Origin: Sphagnum compactum
Lineage: Eukaryota
Assembly (NCBI GenBank): GCA_965153455.1
Contig: OZ234493.1
Location: 10,902,213 to 10,966,212, forward strand
DNA: 64,000 nucleotides
Reading direction: 5' to 3'
The translations under genes were made by a program, and so were the position numbers. The notes under the pieces are model-generated. The model was not told the DNA's origin and ran no database searches. It was given only the letters and a program-made list of their open reading frames with translations. Below are positions 40,481 through 53,622 of this stretch, one piece after another (position 1 is the stretch's first letter; each line of letters starts with the position of its first letter).

Positions 40481-41170
40481 TGTATAAAGTGTAATTACGA
40501 GGATGTAATCCCAATTAGAAAGGGGGATGATGTTGAAGGTAGAATACTATCGAAACTTTTTTATTGAAACTGGTTTTTTACCGGATTTTTATTAAAATTG
40601 AAACCAAAACTAAAATTATTTTATCAATTTTTTTTTACTGAAATTGATTTTACTTCCGGTTTAAATTATTTAATTTTAGGATTGTTTTTTTGGGGATTAG
40701 GCTAATTGCCTGTTCCACCGTTTCTAATTTTTTCTTTTGAGGTATTTAAACCCTTGTCCCTATGTGGACTGTACAAGAGAATATTTTATGAAATAAAATA
40801 ATTGTTTCCTGCCATACCTTTTGTATGTGGAGTTCTATGTGTGGTTGTTTTCCATCTTGTTTTAAGTTAAAAGTTGTATGTTTCTTCACAAGTTTGAAGT
40901 TTTTGCATGATACAAACCTATAGTATATTTGAACTACTAGTATTATAAACTTTTGGTGATTATTTGTCACTTAATGTTGCAAAATTGAAATCTTCATTTT
41001 TTGTTCTTATTTCATTTAAGTGCCTAAAATTTAATAGTTCACCGGGTGGCCTTAATAGCCTAAAAGGTCAAATTACAAATTTAAATATTAAAACATCATG
41101 TGGCAATAATTTGCACACAAGTCTTTTCATGTCCATTGTATTGTTTTCCCTACTTTCCCTTGTTGAATGT

Positions 41171-42956
41171 CACTACACTAAAATGCATCTAAGTTGACTT
41201 TAGGTTTCACTAGATTTTGAGTGAATTTGGACATTTTTACCATGATAAAATTGGTCAACCCCTCAGTGAACGAGGACCAGTTGCTATAGACAGTGAATTG
41301 GTCCACTAGTACATAGTAAAATACAAATTTACTAAGCCATTTCATTTGCTAGTTAATCAACTAGGTAGCATGGAAATCAATTAAATTTAAATTATTTAAT
41401 ATTTAATGTAATATTTAATATTATTGATAATTTCATGATTTTCAGCTTATGAATTATTGACACATGTCACTACCTATGTTAGGTTAAAAACCTAGCCTAG
41501 GTACTAGGCCACATAATCAACCTAAATAAACACCTACTTTAGGCTTACTTTATGGAATTACATAAGAAAATATTCAATCAACTTACCACTGTTGATCACA
41601 AACACACAATTTGTGAGGTGTGATCCTTTGAACTTTAGGATGGAAACAGACACCCCTACCATCAAGCCATCACATTTGTTGTTATAATGTGTTACATTGC
41701 GTTCTATTTATCAAATATTTTCTTTTAGACATTACAAAAACATAAATTTTGAAAATTCATATCTTATTGATATTTTGTCCAAATGAAATGATTAAAGTTT
41801 AATTAAATATTTTTTTCAACAATATCAACAATGTACATAATTACAAATTTTTTTTTGAAAGTGTAAAATTATTTGAACAAATTTTTAATATCACTATTCA
41901 ATAACATTTCAATGACCATTTTTAAAAAGAAAATGTTTAATAAATGGATAAATGTTTTGTTAATATAATAATAATACCTATGTTAGGTTACTTTTAGCTA
42001 TTATAGGGCTACTTTCATTGTTCTAAATTATTTCATCGTATAATGTTTACGGTTATTTATAACTATTCTCAAATTTTTTTTGCTATTTTATGTTATTGTA
42101 GATTATTTCACTTTAGGTTATTTGCGGTTATTATAAATTATTTTTAGTTATTTTAAAATATTTCATCTTAGGTTATTTTCAGCTATTATAAATATTTTTT
42201 TGTTATTTTAAGCTATTTCATCTTAGGCTATTTTTAGCTATATGAGGTTATTATTGGTTACTTTTGGCTATTGAAGGTTATTTCACCTTATGTTATTATT
42301 GATTATTTTAGGTTATATTACCTTTGGTTATTTGTGGCTGTTCTATTAGTGGTTATTGTTGGTTATTCTATTGATGGTTATTGGTGCCTATATATTGTAT
42401 GGGTGGCTATTGTTGGTTATTCTATTGGTGGTTATTAATTTGGTGGCTATTTTTCGTTATTCTATTGGTGGTTATTCTATTGTTGGCTATTGATGGCTAT
42501 TATATTGGTGATTATTAATAAATGGTTAATATTAATGGTTATTGGTGGCTATTAATGGTTATTATATTAATGAGTACTTTATTAATGGCTATTGATGGCT
42601 ATTTTATTGGTGACTATTAATGGTTATTTTATTAATGACAATTGGTGGTTATTTTATTAATGACTATTGGTGGCTATTCTATTATAAGTTATAGAATAAC
42701 TAAGGTAGCTTAAAATAATATATCATAAAATATCATAGGGTACCTACAACAAAAACATAGAAATAAACCTATTTACCACAATGAATTATAATAATAAGTT
42801 GTGTTAACAAGTTGTGAAACATGATGTTTACATAGTGATATTATAATGAAATAACTTTAACCAGGGTGAAATCATTAAAGTGCAGTGAACTTATTTCACT
42901 TTTAAGGTCCCATATTGATTTAGGCTAGTGAATTACACCCCACTTTTGTACTAATG
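41171..42956 (+). mobile_element. Non-autonomous CACTA (EnSpm) element, copy A
   Basis: Left end CACTACACTAAAA, right end TTTTGTACTAATG, TGT 3-bp TSD on both sides. Subterminal CACTA/GTGAA repeats and an internal GGTTATT/GGCTATT array at about 41980-42700. Confidence 0.8.
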
Positions 42957-43396
42957 TGTGTTCACATTTCAACCAAAAAAAAATGTATTATCAAAAGTTT
43001 GAGCCTTAACTTGAATGCATAGACTATGTAAATAATGCAATTACCTTTCCCGAACTTACTTGTTAACCTTATTTAAGACATGTTTATTTAGAGAAATCAA
43101 AACTAAGAAAAACATCTCTTCGCCATAGGTTCAAATTTTTTAAATAAACAAATTAAACATTTTTGAAAAGTTGGCAAGTGGTTGAACCTTATAGGTAAGT
43201 GATTAGTTTTAATTCGTTGTAAAAGTCTATAGGTCTATGCAATTTTTTTCATTATGAAACCATCAGGCCCCCTCCCCATTGAATTTGAATCCTTGCAGAC
43301 TACACCATGAATGCAAATAGTGATATTTTACAAGAATTTCTTCCAGGTTTAAGGTTCAGGGTTTAAAGTACTTGAGGGGTGATCATTGTTATTCAC

Positions 43397-44078
43397 CTGC
43401 TGGCTTCAGGAGTGTAGCCTATGATGTAATAACTGATGATGCAGTAAATTCCCGATTCAACTATGGATGCTGGAATGTTTAATACCAATCTTGGGATTGC
43501 GTAAGCCCATGCTAGGTAAAATAAGAGATCCCGTTGTTTGTAGAATACATGCAATTTGAAGATGGTCATTGAAAGCTCAGCATATCCATTGAACATGACC
43601 ATCACAACCCCAAAGAAAATTGCACCCAAATACTCTTGCTCATCTGATTCAGTATTTTGGTGCAATCTACTTTGTCGAAAAACTGTGGATGCAATATAAG
43701 CAATGATGCCAATCTGCACCCCAATTCAATTCCCACAAGCTATAGCTTCATTGCATGGAACATGAAGAAAGCCAACAAGGATCAAAGCTGCTCCTCCTAA
43801 AACAAAAGAAGAAAGAAAAAGTGCTAGGTGGTAGAATGGAAAAAATAATCAATACTTGCACGGTTTTGAAGATGTAGACAAAGGAGTTGCGTCTCATCAG
43901 AAGAACTTCCTTTGCAAAATTGGCCTTGAAAAGCTCCATACTTGTTATCTTTCAAATGAGAGAGTTGCCTGTGGCTCCGGTCTTTTGGATACGCGACCAC
44001 TAACTCATCTGCTATCTTCTGGCAAACATGGAATGACTTGAACTTGTCGGCAAACGCCATTGTAGCCATGCAAACTGC
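43397..44078 (-). pseudogene. ABCG/PDR transporter fragment (end of NBD1 linker plus TMD1 exon)
   Basis: AFADKFKSFHV.., MELFKANFAKEVLLMRRNSFVYIFKTVQ, an intron, then IGIIAYIASTVF..YLGAIFFGVVMVMFNGYAEL..VFYKQRDLLFY..GYTPEASR. The first exon is frameshifted and no other PDR exons are in the window. Confidence 0.85.
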
Positions 44079-47000
44079 CTTAAGAAAAAAATGACCTAAA
44101 AATAAATAATTCATCAAGTTGCATTTGTTTGCCAATATAGTGTAAAAAAAAACTAGGAAGCCCATCGACCTTTCATTGCTACCTACTTTAATAGATTCAT
44201 GTCCCCAAGGTTATGATGTTTGGTTCATCAACGTCATTAGCAACTTTTACTATCATTTTTCCATCAATTTAAAATTAACAATAATTAAATATCTTTTCTA
44301 AATTGGGAATTAGATAGTAATTTTAATGTGCACTTAATGTTGACTTGGTAACAATTGATGTTGTATCACACCTTTATAACACCCAAGTGGCTTGTTGTGC
44401 TAGGATTTTTCTCAAATGCATTGTGTTCCTTGGAAACTTAATGTGCGGGTTCAATTGCATAGTACATCTTGCTACATGTTACCAGTAAATTCTATTACCC
44501 AAAACCAAAATCTTGGTCCCCTAGATTTAGATTACCATGTCGCCAAAAAACATTCCTAAGTTTTGGCACCTTCTTGTTATATATTCTTGCATAAAGGGAT
44601 ATGGTCTACTTCCCCAAAGGAAAAAAATGTTAACAAAAGATCGCAAAATTAAATCTCTCAACCTTTTTGGAACAATAAAAAATATAGTCTTGAATTTAGG
44701 GTGGTTCTCACCTAGAAGGTGAATTAGTAGGATTTGGGGATTGATCATTAATGTTATATGTTGCTAATTTGTGAAGGATAATTTGGCGAGTTCATGTTTC
44801 AAAGACGATTTTTTGTCATTGCCAAAAAACTATTGTGTTTATTAGTGATGTCACCATACTTCATATTTTCATATTGTACTTGTCATCAACTATTGTTAAA
44901 AACATGCACCTTTCATTTAATTGTTTGTGAATTTTTTTTGTGGCACATAGCTAGTTTTAAACTCTTTTGGACTTCAATTAATTATATTCCTCATGCTTTA
45001 ATATTCTTAATATTATCAAAAGTGCACCCATACTTTCTTAATAATAATCACTCATTCAATATTTCAAATTTTCAAGAGAAAAAACTTGTGTTCATAGTGT
45101 ATACATGAAACTAGACCCAATTTTCAAATTGGGCCCAATGGTTTTTAAATTTGGAAAAATGTGCCAAAACTAGAAATAACAAGTACATGTGGACTTAAAA
45201 CAAACTCAATAGGAACATGTATGTTTCAAAACCTACAAGAACTTATATCCACATGTACCATCATTATCTTCGTAAAAATCTTTATGATTATTCATGAACT
45301 TCATGTTCATGTCATTTGTAACATTCCAAGTCTTGAATTATTGTTGTACAAGTTAGTTATCAATTGTATGCCAAAGAAATCAAACACATTCCCTTATGCT
45401 TATATTTGTTTTGTTCAATTTTTAGTGCATGTTCAACCTCCATAAGCTAAAATGCAATGAAATCTAGCATCACAAGCTTGTTTTAACTTTTAAGAAGATA
45501 TTTGCAACATTTTGTGTGTCTCATGAATGTTAATCAACATCATGAATTAATTTTCCCATTGGTTTTAGAATGCAATGAAAGACATGTGTTTATGTATAAA
45601 TGTTTGTCCCAAATTTTAATCACATGATAATACATAATTATGTACAATATTGATATTTGGATATGAAGAAGTTGGTGGGTAATAATGATAGTTAATTATT
45701 CCCATTCATGATGAAGGTGATGGTCCAATATCTTGTGAGTGACATTCACAAGGTTCTAATGGCATTCATTTGGTTTCTTAAGAACTAAATAATAATAATT
45801 TCTGAAGTGGCATTATATAGTTATTTGCACAATCTCATAAATATGTTTTTTGCACACTTCATACACACCCAAGATTTATATGTCCCAACTTATTAAACCT
45901 TGAAATGGTGGAGGACTCCATTAGCAACTCCAAGAAGAAAATGTTAATGTGGTTGTTTATAATGTTGTCTAGTTTTGGTTTTTACAATGACTTTGAATTT
46001 TAACAAAATTAAAGTGGAAAACCCTTTGGTTTTGAATCCAGGGAATATTTTCAACCATTAAAACTTTTCAAATTGTATGCCATGTCAAAAAAAATTAACC
46101 AATGGTTTTAGATTCAACATGTCCAACCCTTTTAAAAACCTCCAATTTTAGGTTTAGGCTAGGGGTAGTTCTAGCTTATTCTTTGGGACAATTCCATAAC
46201 TGATGTTTTTTTTTTTTTTTTTGAATTTTTTTGAATTTGGAGTTCCCATGGAATCTCCAAGTGATTTCCATAGTGTTCCATCAAATTCCTTTAACTTCCC
46301 AATAGGTTCCCAAAGTGTTCCCTGACATGCTCCCGGGACCAAAATTATGGGGGTATAATGTGTGTTATGTGATTCATTTTAACTAATTAAAGGGGATTGC
46401 ACACAAAGTTTTTTTCCTTTTGTAATGAGTTTCTTTGATTGGGCCATAATTATAACAACTTGAACTATTGGTACTTTTAAACTCTCAAAACAAGAGTATA
46501 GATTTTTTTTCCTTTGTTATTTTTATGACTTTCAATAATAGACTATGCATAAAAGGGTGACAAAAAATTTTTTGGCCTTTTAGAAGTTCCTTTATCACCT
46601 CACTATGTTTGAGTAGAATTTCTACTACTAATTAAAAATGTTAAAATAACCAAGTTGATGATTGAGCACTTAGTGTATCAAAGGTCTCCATTTCCTTCAA
46701 TAATTATCATTTGTCTCTAAAGTTTAAATACAAAATGTAAAGCATTAGAAAACACACTCATAGCCCTATAAATAATTCAAAAAGGTATATAATGAGGGAG
46801 ATATGCCCCCCTAGAGTTTGGGGGTGTCATAAAGTTGAAAAACAATCATCATTTTAGGCCTAATGGAAAACAATGCCATAATTTATCCCATATGCATTGC
46901 CCAAAGTTGTAATGAAAGAACCTACAAAACTATCAACAAATACCCCATTTTTATCCCATGTGCATTGCCCCACCATTTAATGAAAAAACCTTCAAAGGTG

Positions 47001-50000
47001 CCCAACGGGAAGGGTTTTTTCTAAAGAAATTGCAAAGTGCAAAAATTCCATTTATATTCGATTTTAGACATTATTTTAAGCTTATCTAGATTTAAGCATC
47101 AAATGTTAAAAAAATGGTCATAAGACCGTCAAGTTGGGTCTAGGGCTAGGTTTAGTTAACTTTAGTTTTTCTTAAGTCAAGTTTGGGTTCAAGTTTTAAG
47201 GTAAAGTCTTATTCCATTTTAGGTTTTATTACTACACCAATATGCGTTCAAGTTCATTATGTGTTTCATTAGATTTTGAATGAAATTGGATTAATTTATC
47301 ATGGTGAAAGTGACCAACCCCTTAATGAATGGGGACCAATTGTTACGGATAGGTGAATTCACTAATAATTAATTGCAAACCTTAGATAAACACCTAGGAA
47401 CCTTCACTAAGTTATTTAACTTAAGTTAAAAATTTAGCCCACCTTAACACTTAGCCCACCAACCTAGGGTGCAAGTGTGAAGGTTTGAAACCTTCATTTC
47501 TTCTCATCTCCATGTTTAAAAAGGAAGTCTTTAATCATTGAACCACTATTTAAATGAATCATATTTTTTTTGTCATCACATATTATTATGCACATTCTTT
47601 TTTACCTTAAGCTATTATTGGCAATTTTCAGCAACTATTAATTATTCTATCATAGGTTAGTTTAAGTTATTTTTTCATAAGCTATTGTTGACTATTTTAC
47701 ATTATTTTACCATAGGCTATTGTTGGCTATTATATTGTATGTTATTATTGGCTATTCGAGACAACTTTACCATTGTTGTTGGCTATTATATCATAGGTTA
47801 TTGTCGCTTATTATATCGTAGGCTATTGTTGGTTAATATATCATAAGCTATAGTTAATTATTATATTATAAGCTATTGTTTGTTATTATAAATAATTTTC
47901 CCATAAACTATTGTTGGTTATTCTATAGTAGGCTATTGTTGACAATTCCAAGTTATTTATCATAAGTTAATGTTAGTTATTATATTGTAAGATATTATTG
48001 GTTATTGTAGGTTATGTGACCCTATGTTATTTTTGGTTATTCTATCATAAACTATTGTTGGATATTCTAAACTATTTTACTTTAAGTTATTTTATGATAG
48101 GTAATTATTGAATTTTTTGGTTATTTTATCCTAGGCTATTATTGATTATTTTATGTTATTTTACCATAGGCTATTCTTGGTTGTTTTTATCATTGGTTAT
48201 TATTGTCTATTTTAGGTTATTTTACCATAGGTTATTTTTTATTATTTTAACGTAATATATTTTGGGATATTTTTGGCTCTTATATCGTAAATTATTTTTA
48301 GTTATTCTATCGTAGGCTATTATTGGTTAATTTATCATAGGCTATTATTGATTATTCTATTATAATTTATTATTGGCTATTACATCGTATACTATTTTTT
48401 ATTATTCCAAAAAAAAATTGGTATTTTGAATTATTTTATTACACAAGAAGAAATCTTGTCCTTTTCCACTACCCAAATTCATTAGGTTTTTAGTGAAATG
48501 GGACAAATTTGACTAATATGCAATTTGTATGATTTTGGTAAAAAAGGATTAGTTGATTAAGACATTTTTAGTGGAATATTTTTTGGTCATTTTGGATAGT
48601 TGCATGTTTCATTAAATAAGACATGGATATATGAGGTCCCAAGTTAATATGACATGGAATAAAGTGCCATGTCATCATACAAATTTATTTATTTATTTAT
48701 TTATTTTTCGTTCTTTTTTTTCAATTCATGGAATCACATATTCTTTTTTTTTGTGGCTCATCGTGACAAAATACATGCCATGAATTTTTTTTACTATATT
48801 TTTTCTAGTTTTGTCAAAAAACAACTTTGACATCATTCGCCATGATGTACATGTTTGTACATTGCATTTACATAAGATAACATTGATGCACACATTCATT
48901 AAGGTTTGAACCTAAGATTTCATGGAGGCACACCAAGGTTCTAACCACCAAACCACTTCAAGGCTTTATTAACAAAGAAGAATTTTTTAAAAAATGTTTG
49001 GCAAGGAATTGTTAGGAAATCCAAACTTTTAATGTATGTTTTTTTTTCCAAAATTTATTCAAATGCTACAAATGAAAACATAATCTTGAAGCTTATTCAA
49101 TAATTTATTCAAAAAAAATTATTATAGTCTAGAAATATTAGATGTAATCTTAAAAAAAAACTTAAAATAGCATGTCATAAATAAATTTACAAATATCTTT
49201 TTGCCTAAATTGACCTACAATCTATGTGAATTCAATGTGAATTTAAGAATGAATTCATTAAGTTGTCACCAAAAGTTACACGACCCCTCTATCTAACCCA
49301 CTCAGACAGAGTGTGAATGGGTGTCCGACTATCAAGCCCACAACATGACAATGGCATTGATCAGGATCCAAGGCTTCTGTCTGTTGATCCTACCAAGACC
49401 ACAATGATCAGCCCACATTGCTAATGCAAAGTCTCACTCCCTGAATATCCACAGACACAGCTCCAACTCTCACAATCCGACAGAGCAGAACTTCAGAAAT
49501 CAAAATTCATTACTCATAAATTACAGGATTCCCCGACAGCACAAGCTGCCTCACTCCAGTGCACTCATCAAAGATCAAGCAATCCTACTTAGCTAAGTCG
49601 CTGGAGCAGCGGAAAGTTCAACAACCCAGCCAAGCTCTCCACGAAAATGGACATATAGAGCTACACATCCAGACTCATCTGAGCTCACCTAACATCTGCA
49701 GCTACCATCTTCCATTGCTAACACAAAACTGAAGACCAAGCTCATCTACAGCATCCCTCCTAGCCTCCTCGTTGCTCTCTGATCTTCCCCTCTCCTACCA
49801 AAACAATCCGACCTTCCAGTCTGGCCTTCCACGCATCCATTCGTTCTGCTCACCCCCGTTGCTCTCCTCTTTTCCGTTGGCTTCCCACACAAGCTTCGTC
49901 CTTCACCTTTCCGCCGTCATTTTTCCTCAACAGCTCATCAATGCAGCGCCACTCCTCTCCATCATTCGCGCCGCCATTCTCCTGCTACCCCATCCCACAC

Positions 50001-51097
50001 AACCAGACAGCAACCCCTCCATGCATCCCATGCACAACCAGCGCTAACCTTCCTTTAAAAGGGATAAAATCCGCCGCTCTCATTAATGAAGGAGACAGCT
50101 GGATTAACTCTAAAACCCCGATCAGCGATTCTGGCGTTCACACACAATGCACAACCACAGAATCCTTGTTCGGTCACTAGTTGTCTGGTTACAAAGTCTT
50201 TAACAATGTTATTTCCATTATGTAAAATATGTTCATTTTTTGAAATTGCAAGTTCTTATTTTCCCCAATATGATTAGGTACAAAGTTTATTATTATTTTG
50301 TGATGTTACTAAAATGGCAATCATTCATAAAAAAAGTTAGCCACATTTGGTTATAATTAAGTTGTGGAGTTGGAAACTTGTTTAAATCCTTCAATATTAT
50401 GGTTACCTACTATAATTTATTATAAAAAATTGACAATATATTTTTAAACTTGACACATTTTTATTTTTTCTTTCAAAAATGTTCTTTGTTGATGTCATTG
50501 CCCCTTTAAATTGGAAAATTCGCCACAATTTTTTAATAATTAAGTAATCAATATAGCCATTTAATTTTCAATAACATATTTGTTTAGCAATGTGAATCAT
50601 GCACTAATAAAAATGATTAATTAAACAACTTGAAATAGATTTAAAAAATAGAAATTATATTATATATATATGGTGTAAAAATATTTTTTACTTTTGTTTC
50701 CTTTGTAGAAGTAAAAGTAACATAGTTTGGTGAAATTTTGGCATTCAATAGTTGGATTAAACCCCCTCCCCCTAAACCAACAAGTTTTTTTGGGTTTTGA
50801 ATTTTTTGAACTTGTCAATTCTTATTGAAAAAAATGGATAAAACTGTGAAAATTCAAGGAAAAATGTAAACGACAAAAAAAATTCCAAAATTTTGAAAGA
50901 AAAGAAGGTTATTGTTAATGAATAGAAATTTTAAAATAATTTTAATAATTCCAACCTTAAACACATAAACAATTCCAACATCAATTTATTTGAAAAACAT
51001 TTAACTCAATATTTGAAATCATTATAAACTTATCCGCATCACAAATTTAATAGGTTTCATGGGTTCATTCCAAATCTGTGCGAAATCTGTTATTTTA

Positions 51098-53622
51098 TCT
51101 ACTTATATAATATCCTTGGTTTTGTCCGCTTGCGGTGGTGTCCGGTCGTCCTTTCCATCCATCCGTCCCTTCATCCATCTCGACATCCATCCATCCAAGT
51201 TCCTCATCCCGGAAGAAGAAGATGATGGAAGAGGAGGAGGAGGAGGAATGGCGGCAGCAACAATTTATCCAAATGTTTATGCGATCCAATCCTATAGTCT
51301 TGCAATTTGCCAAAAGCTACAAACTAATTTTAAAAAACTAAAAATTGTTGAAAACAAAATGAAAAACGATAGAAGAAATCTTTTGAAAACAACACAAGAA
51401 ATTTCAAATTAAAAAAGAAGAAAACAAGTTATTAATAAATAAATAAAATGAAACAAAGTTGTAACAAAAAAGAAAAAAACCGAACAAATATATATTTTTC
51501 AAAGGGAAAAAACTAGAAAAAAATAAAAACAAAAAACACTTTAACAATTAGAAACTTTTTAAAAACACTTTAAAATAGAAACAAAATGAAAACATATAAA
51601 ATAAATATATTTAAACATGAAACAAAAAAGGGAAATACAGTAGAATAATCTTAAAAGAAAATCAAAAAATAGATGACAAAAAATAAGAAACAAAACAGTG
51701 AGCAAAAGAAAGAGAAAAAAAACCATACTTGAAAAAAAAAAGAGGTTTGTCTTCTTTTTCCAAACTTCAAACCTGCATCTAATCAAACAAAAATACAAAA
51801 GTTTTTAAAAATTAGTTTCATTATAAAACATATTAGAAAAACTAGAATTTTTTTGAAAAAGAAAATAGAAACAAAATAAATAAATAAATAAATGCATAAA
51901 AATAGAAAAAAATGAAGATAGACAAAATAAGAATAGAAAAAATAAAAACATGAAACAAACATAAACAAAAAAAAATTAAAAACACAAAAACTATAAAAAA
52001 GGAATGGAAACAAATGAAACAAGGAAAGGGAAATACAATAAAATCATTTTAAAAGAGAAAAAAAAATTAAAATGAAGAAACCAAATAAATAGTAAAAAAT
52101 AAGAAAAAATAAAACTTATAATAATGAAGAAAAACTCTACTTGAAAAAGAATGAGGTGTGTTTTCTTTCTCCAAACTTCAAACTTGCATCTAAATAAACA
52201 AAAATATAAAAGTGAAAAAGAAACACTTTATTTTTATTATACAAAATAATAATAAAAATAGAAAACACATAAAAATAAAAAATAAAAAAGATAAAAGTTT
52301 CTAGAAAAAACTAAAACATGAACCAAGTTTGAAGAAACCGGGGGACTTCACAGTGCTCGAAGGTCACGAGTACCCACTAGGTAATGTTTTAAGTGTCTGT
52401 CTGTCTGATCGTCCTCCTTGGGGGTAAGGGGGTTAGGGTTAGCACACCCTTCATAAACGCGTTTCAAAAGAAGAAAGCTTGGAATCTGCCCAAATCCTCC
52501 ACAAATCTCGGCAATTTCAAAACCTGTATTTTCCCTCCTCAAAATGTGGCGATTTCAAAACTCTTTTTTTTTTCCTTCCTGGAAATGTGGCGATTTAGTT
52601 TTCTTTTTGGAAATTTTCCAAAACACTTGCTTCACCATGTATGTTTTCATGGGGGACTTTTCAACGGATTTTTGCCACAAAAAAATAAAAATGAAATTAG
52701 CTGCTTTGCGCCTTTGTGTGTGTCCGAAGGTCACGGGTACCCACTATATATAAAATAATACAAAATAATAATAAAAACAGAAAACACATAAAAATAAAAA
52801 ATAAAAAAGATAAAAGTTTCTAGAAAAAACTAAAACATGAACCAAGTTTGAAGAAACCGGGGGACTTCACAGTGCCCGCAGGTCACGGGTACCCACTATA
52901 TATAATATTTTAGGTGTCTATCTGTCCGGTCGTCCTCCTTGGGGGTAACGGGGTTAGGGTTAGCACTGGATTATAATGGATTATGGAGTAGGTTCAAAAT
53001 TATTCTTTACTATTTTACTCAGTAATGGTAGAGATAAAGCCGTGTATAAAGTCAAGGTTTGCATACGTCAATGGTCATTTTTGACTTTGCTTTTGTAAGT
53101 GCATCCCAACTTGACTGCCTTTAATTGGGGCTATGATGTGCATTGGGTCATCAATTTAAACTGTTTTTAGAACATGTGGGCATTGGACACGATTCCACCC
53201 GGCTCACCCGGCCCACCCCCCCAAGATGCAAAACATTATCTCCCCACCAAACTTAAGGGGGTTAGGGTTAGCACGCCCTTCATAAACGCGTTTCAAAATA
53301 AGAAAGCTTGGAATCTGCCCAAATCCTCCACAAATCTTGGCAATTTCAAAACCTGTTTTTTTTCTCCTCAAAATGTGCCGATTTCAAAACTCTTTTTTTT
53401 CACCTTCCTGGAAATGTGGCGATTTAGTTTTTTTTTTGGAAATTTTCCAAAACGCTCACTTCACCATGTATGTTTTCATGGGGGATTTTTCAACGGATTT
53501 TCGCCACAAAAAATAAATAAAATAAAAATAAAATTAGCTGCTTTGCACCTTTGTGTGTGTCTCTTTCGGTTTAAAGAAACCAAGGGACTTCATAGTGTCC
53601 GAAGGTCACGGGTACCCACTAG
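51098..53622 (+). mobile_element. Non-autonomous Helitron, composite with four 3' ends
   Basis: 5' end A|TCTACTTATATAATAT. 3' hairpin GTGYYCG-MAGGTCA-CGRGTAC followed by CCACTAG|T at 53622. The same terminal module recurs ending about 52380, 52746 and 52898. Confidence 0.85.

Larger units (their letters stand above)
36020..40750 (+). mobile_element. 5'-truncated Ty3/gypsy LTR retrotransposon (non-chromovirus-like) with extra 3' ORF
   Basis: Integrase remnant, then a long decayed ORF, then PPT AGAAAGGGGGATGA (40517-40530) directly followed by TGTTGAAG (LTR start 40531). LTR end not determined; no 5' LTR, gag or RT seen in the window. Confidence 0.8.

Noticed and set aside
49276..49418. Signal peptide plus 'LSGLDRG' resembling a GH1 beta-glucosidase N-terminus
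   Set aside because: It needs a frameshift (TGA after MLWA), and the diagnostic FP..F.FG does not follow.
51559..52022. Hydrophobic F-rich 'membrane protein' ORFs
   Set aside because: They are translation artefacts of the A-rich low-complexity strand.
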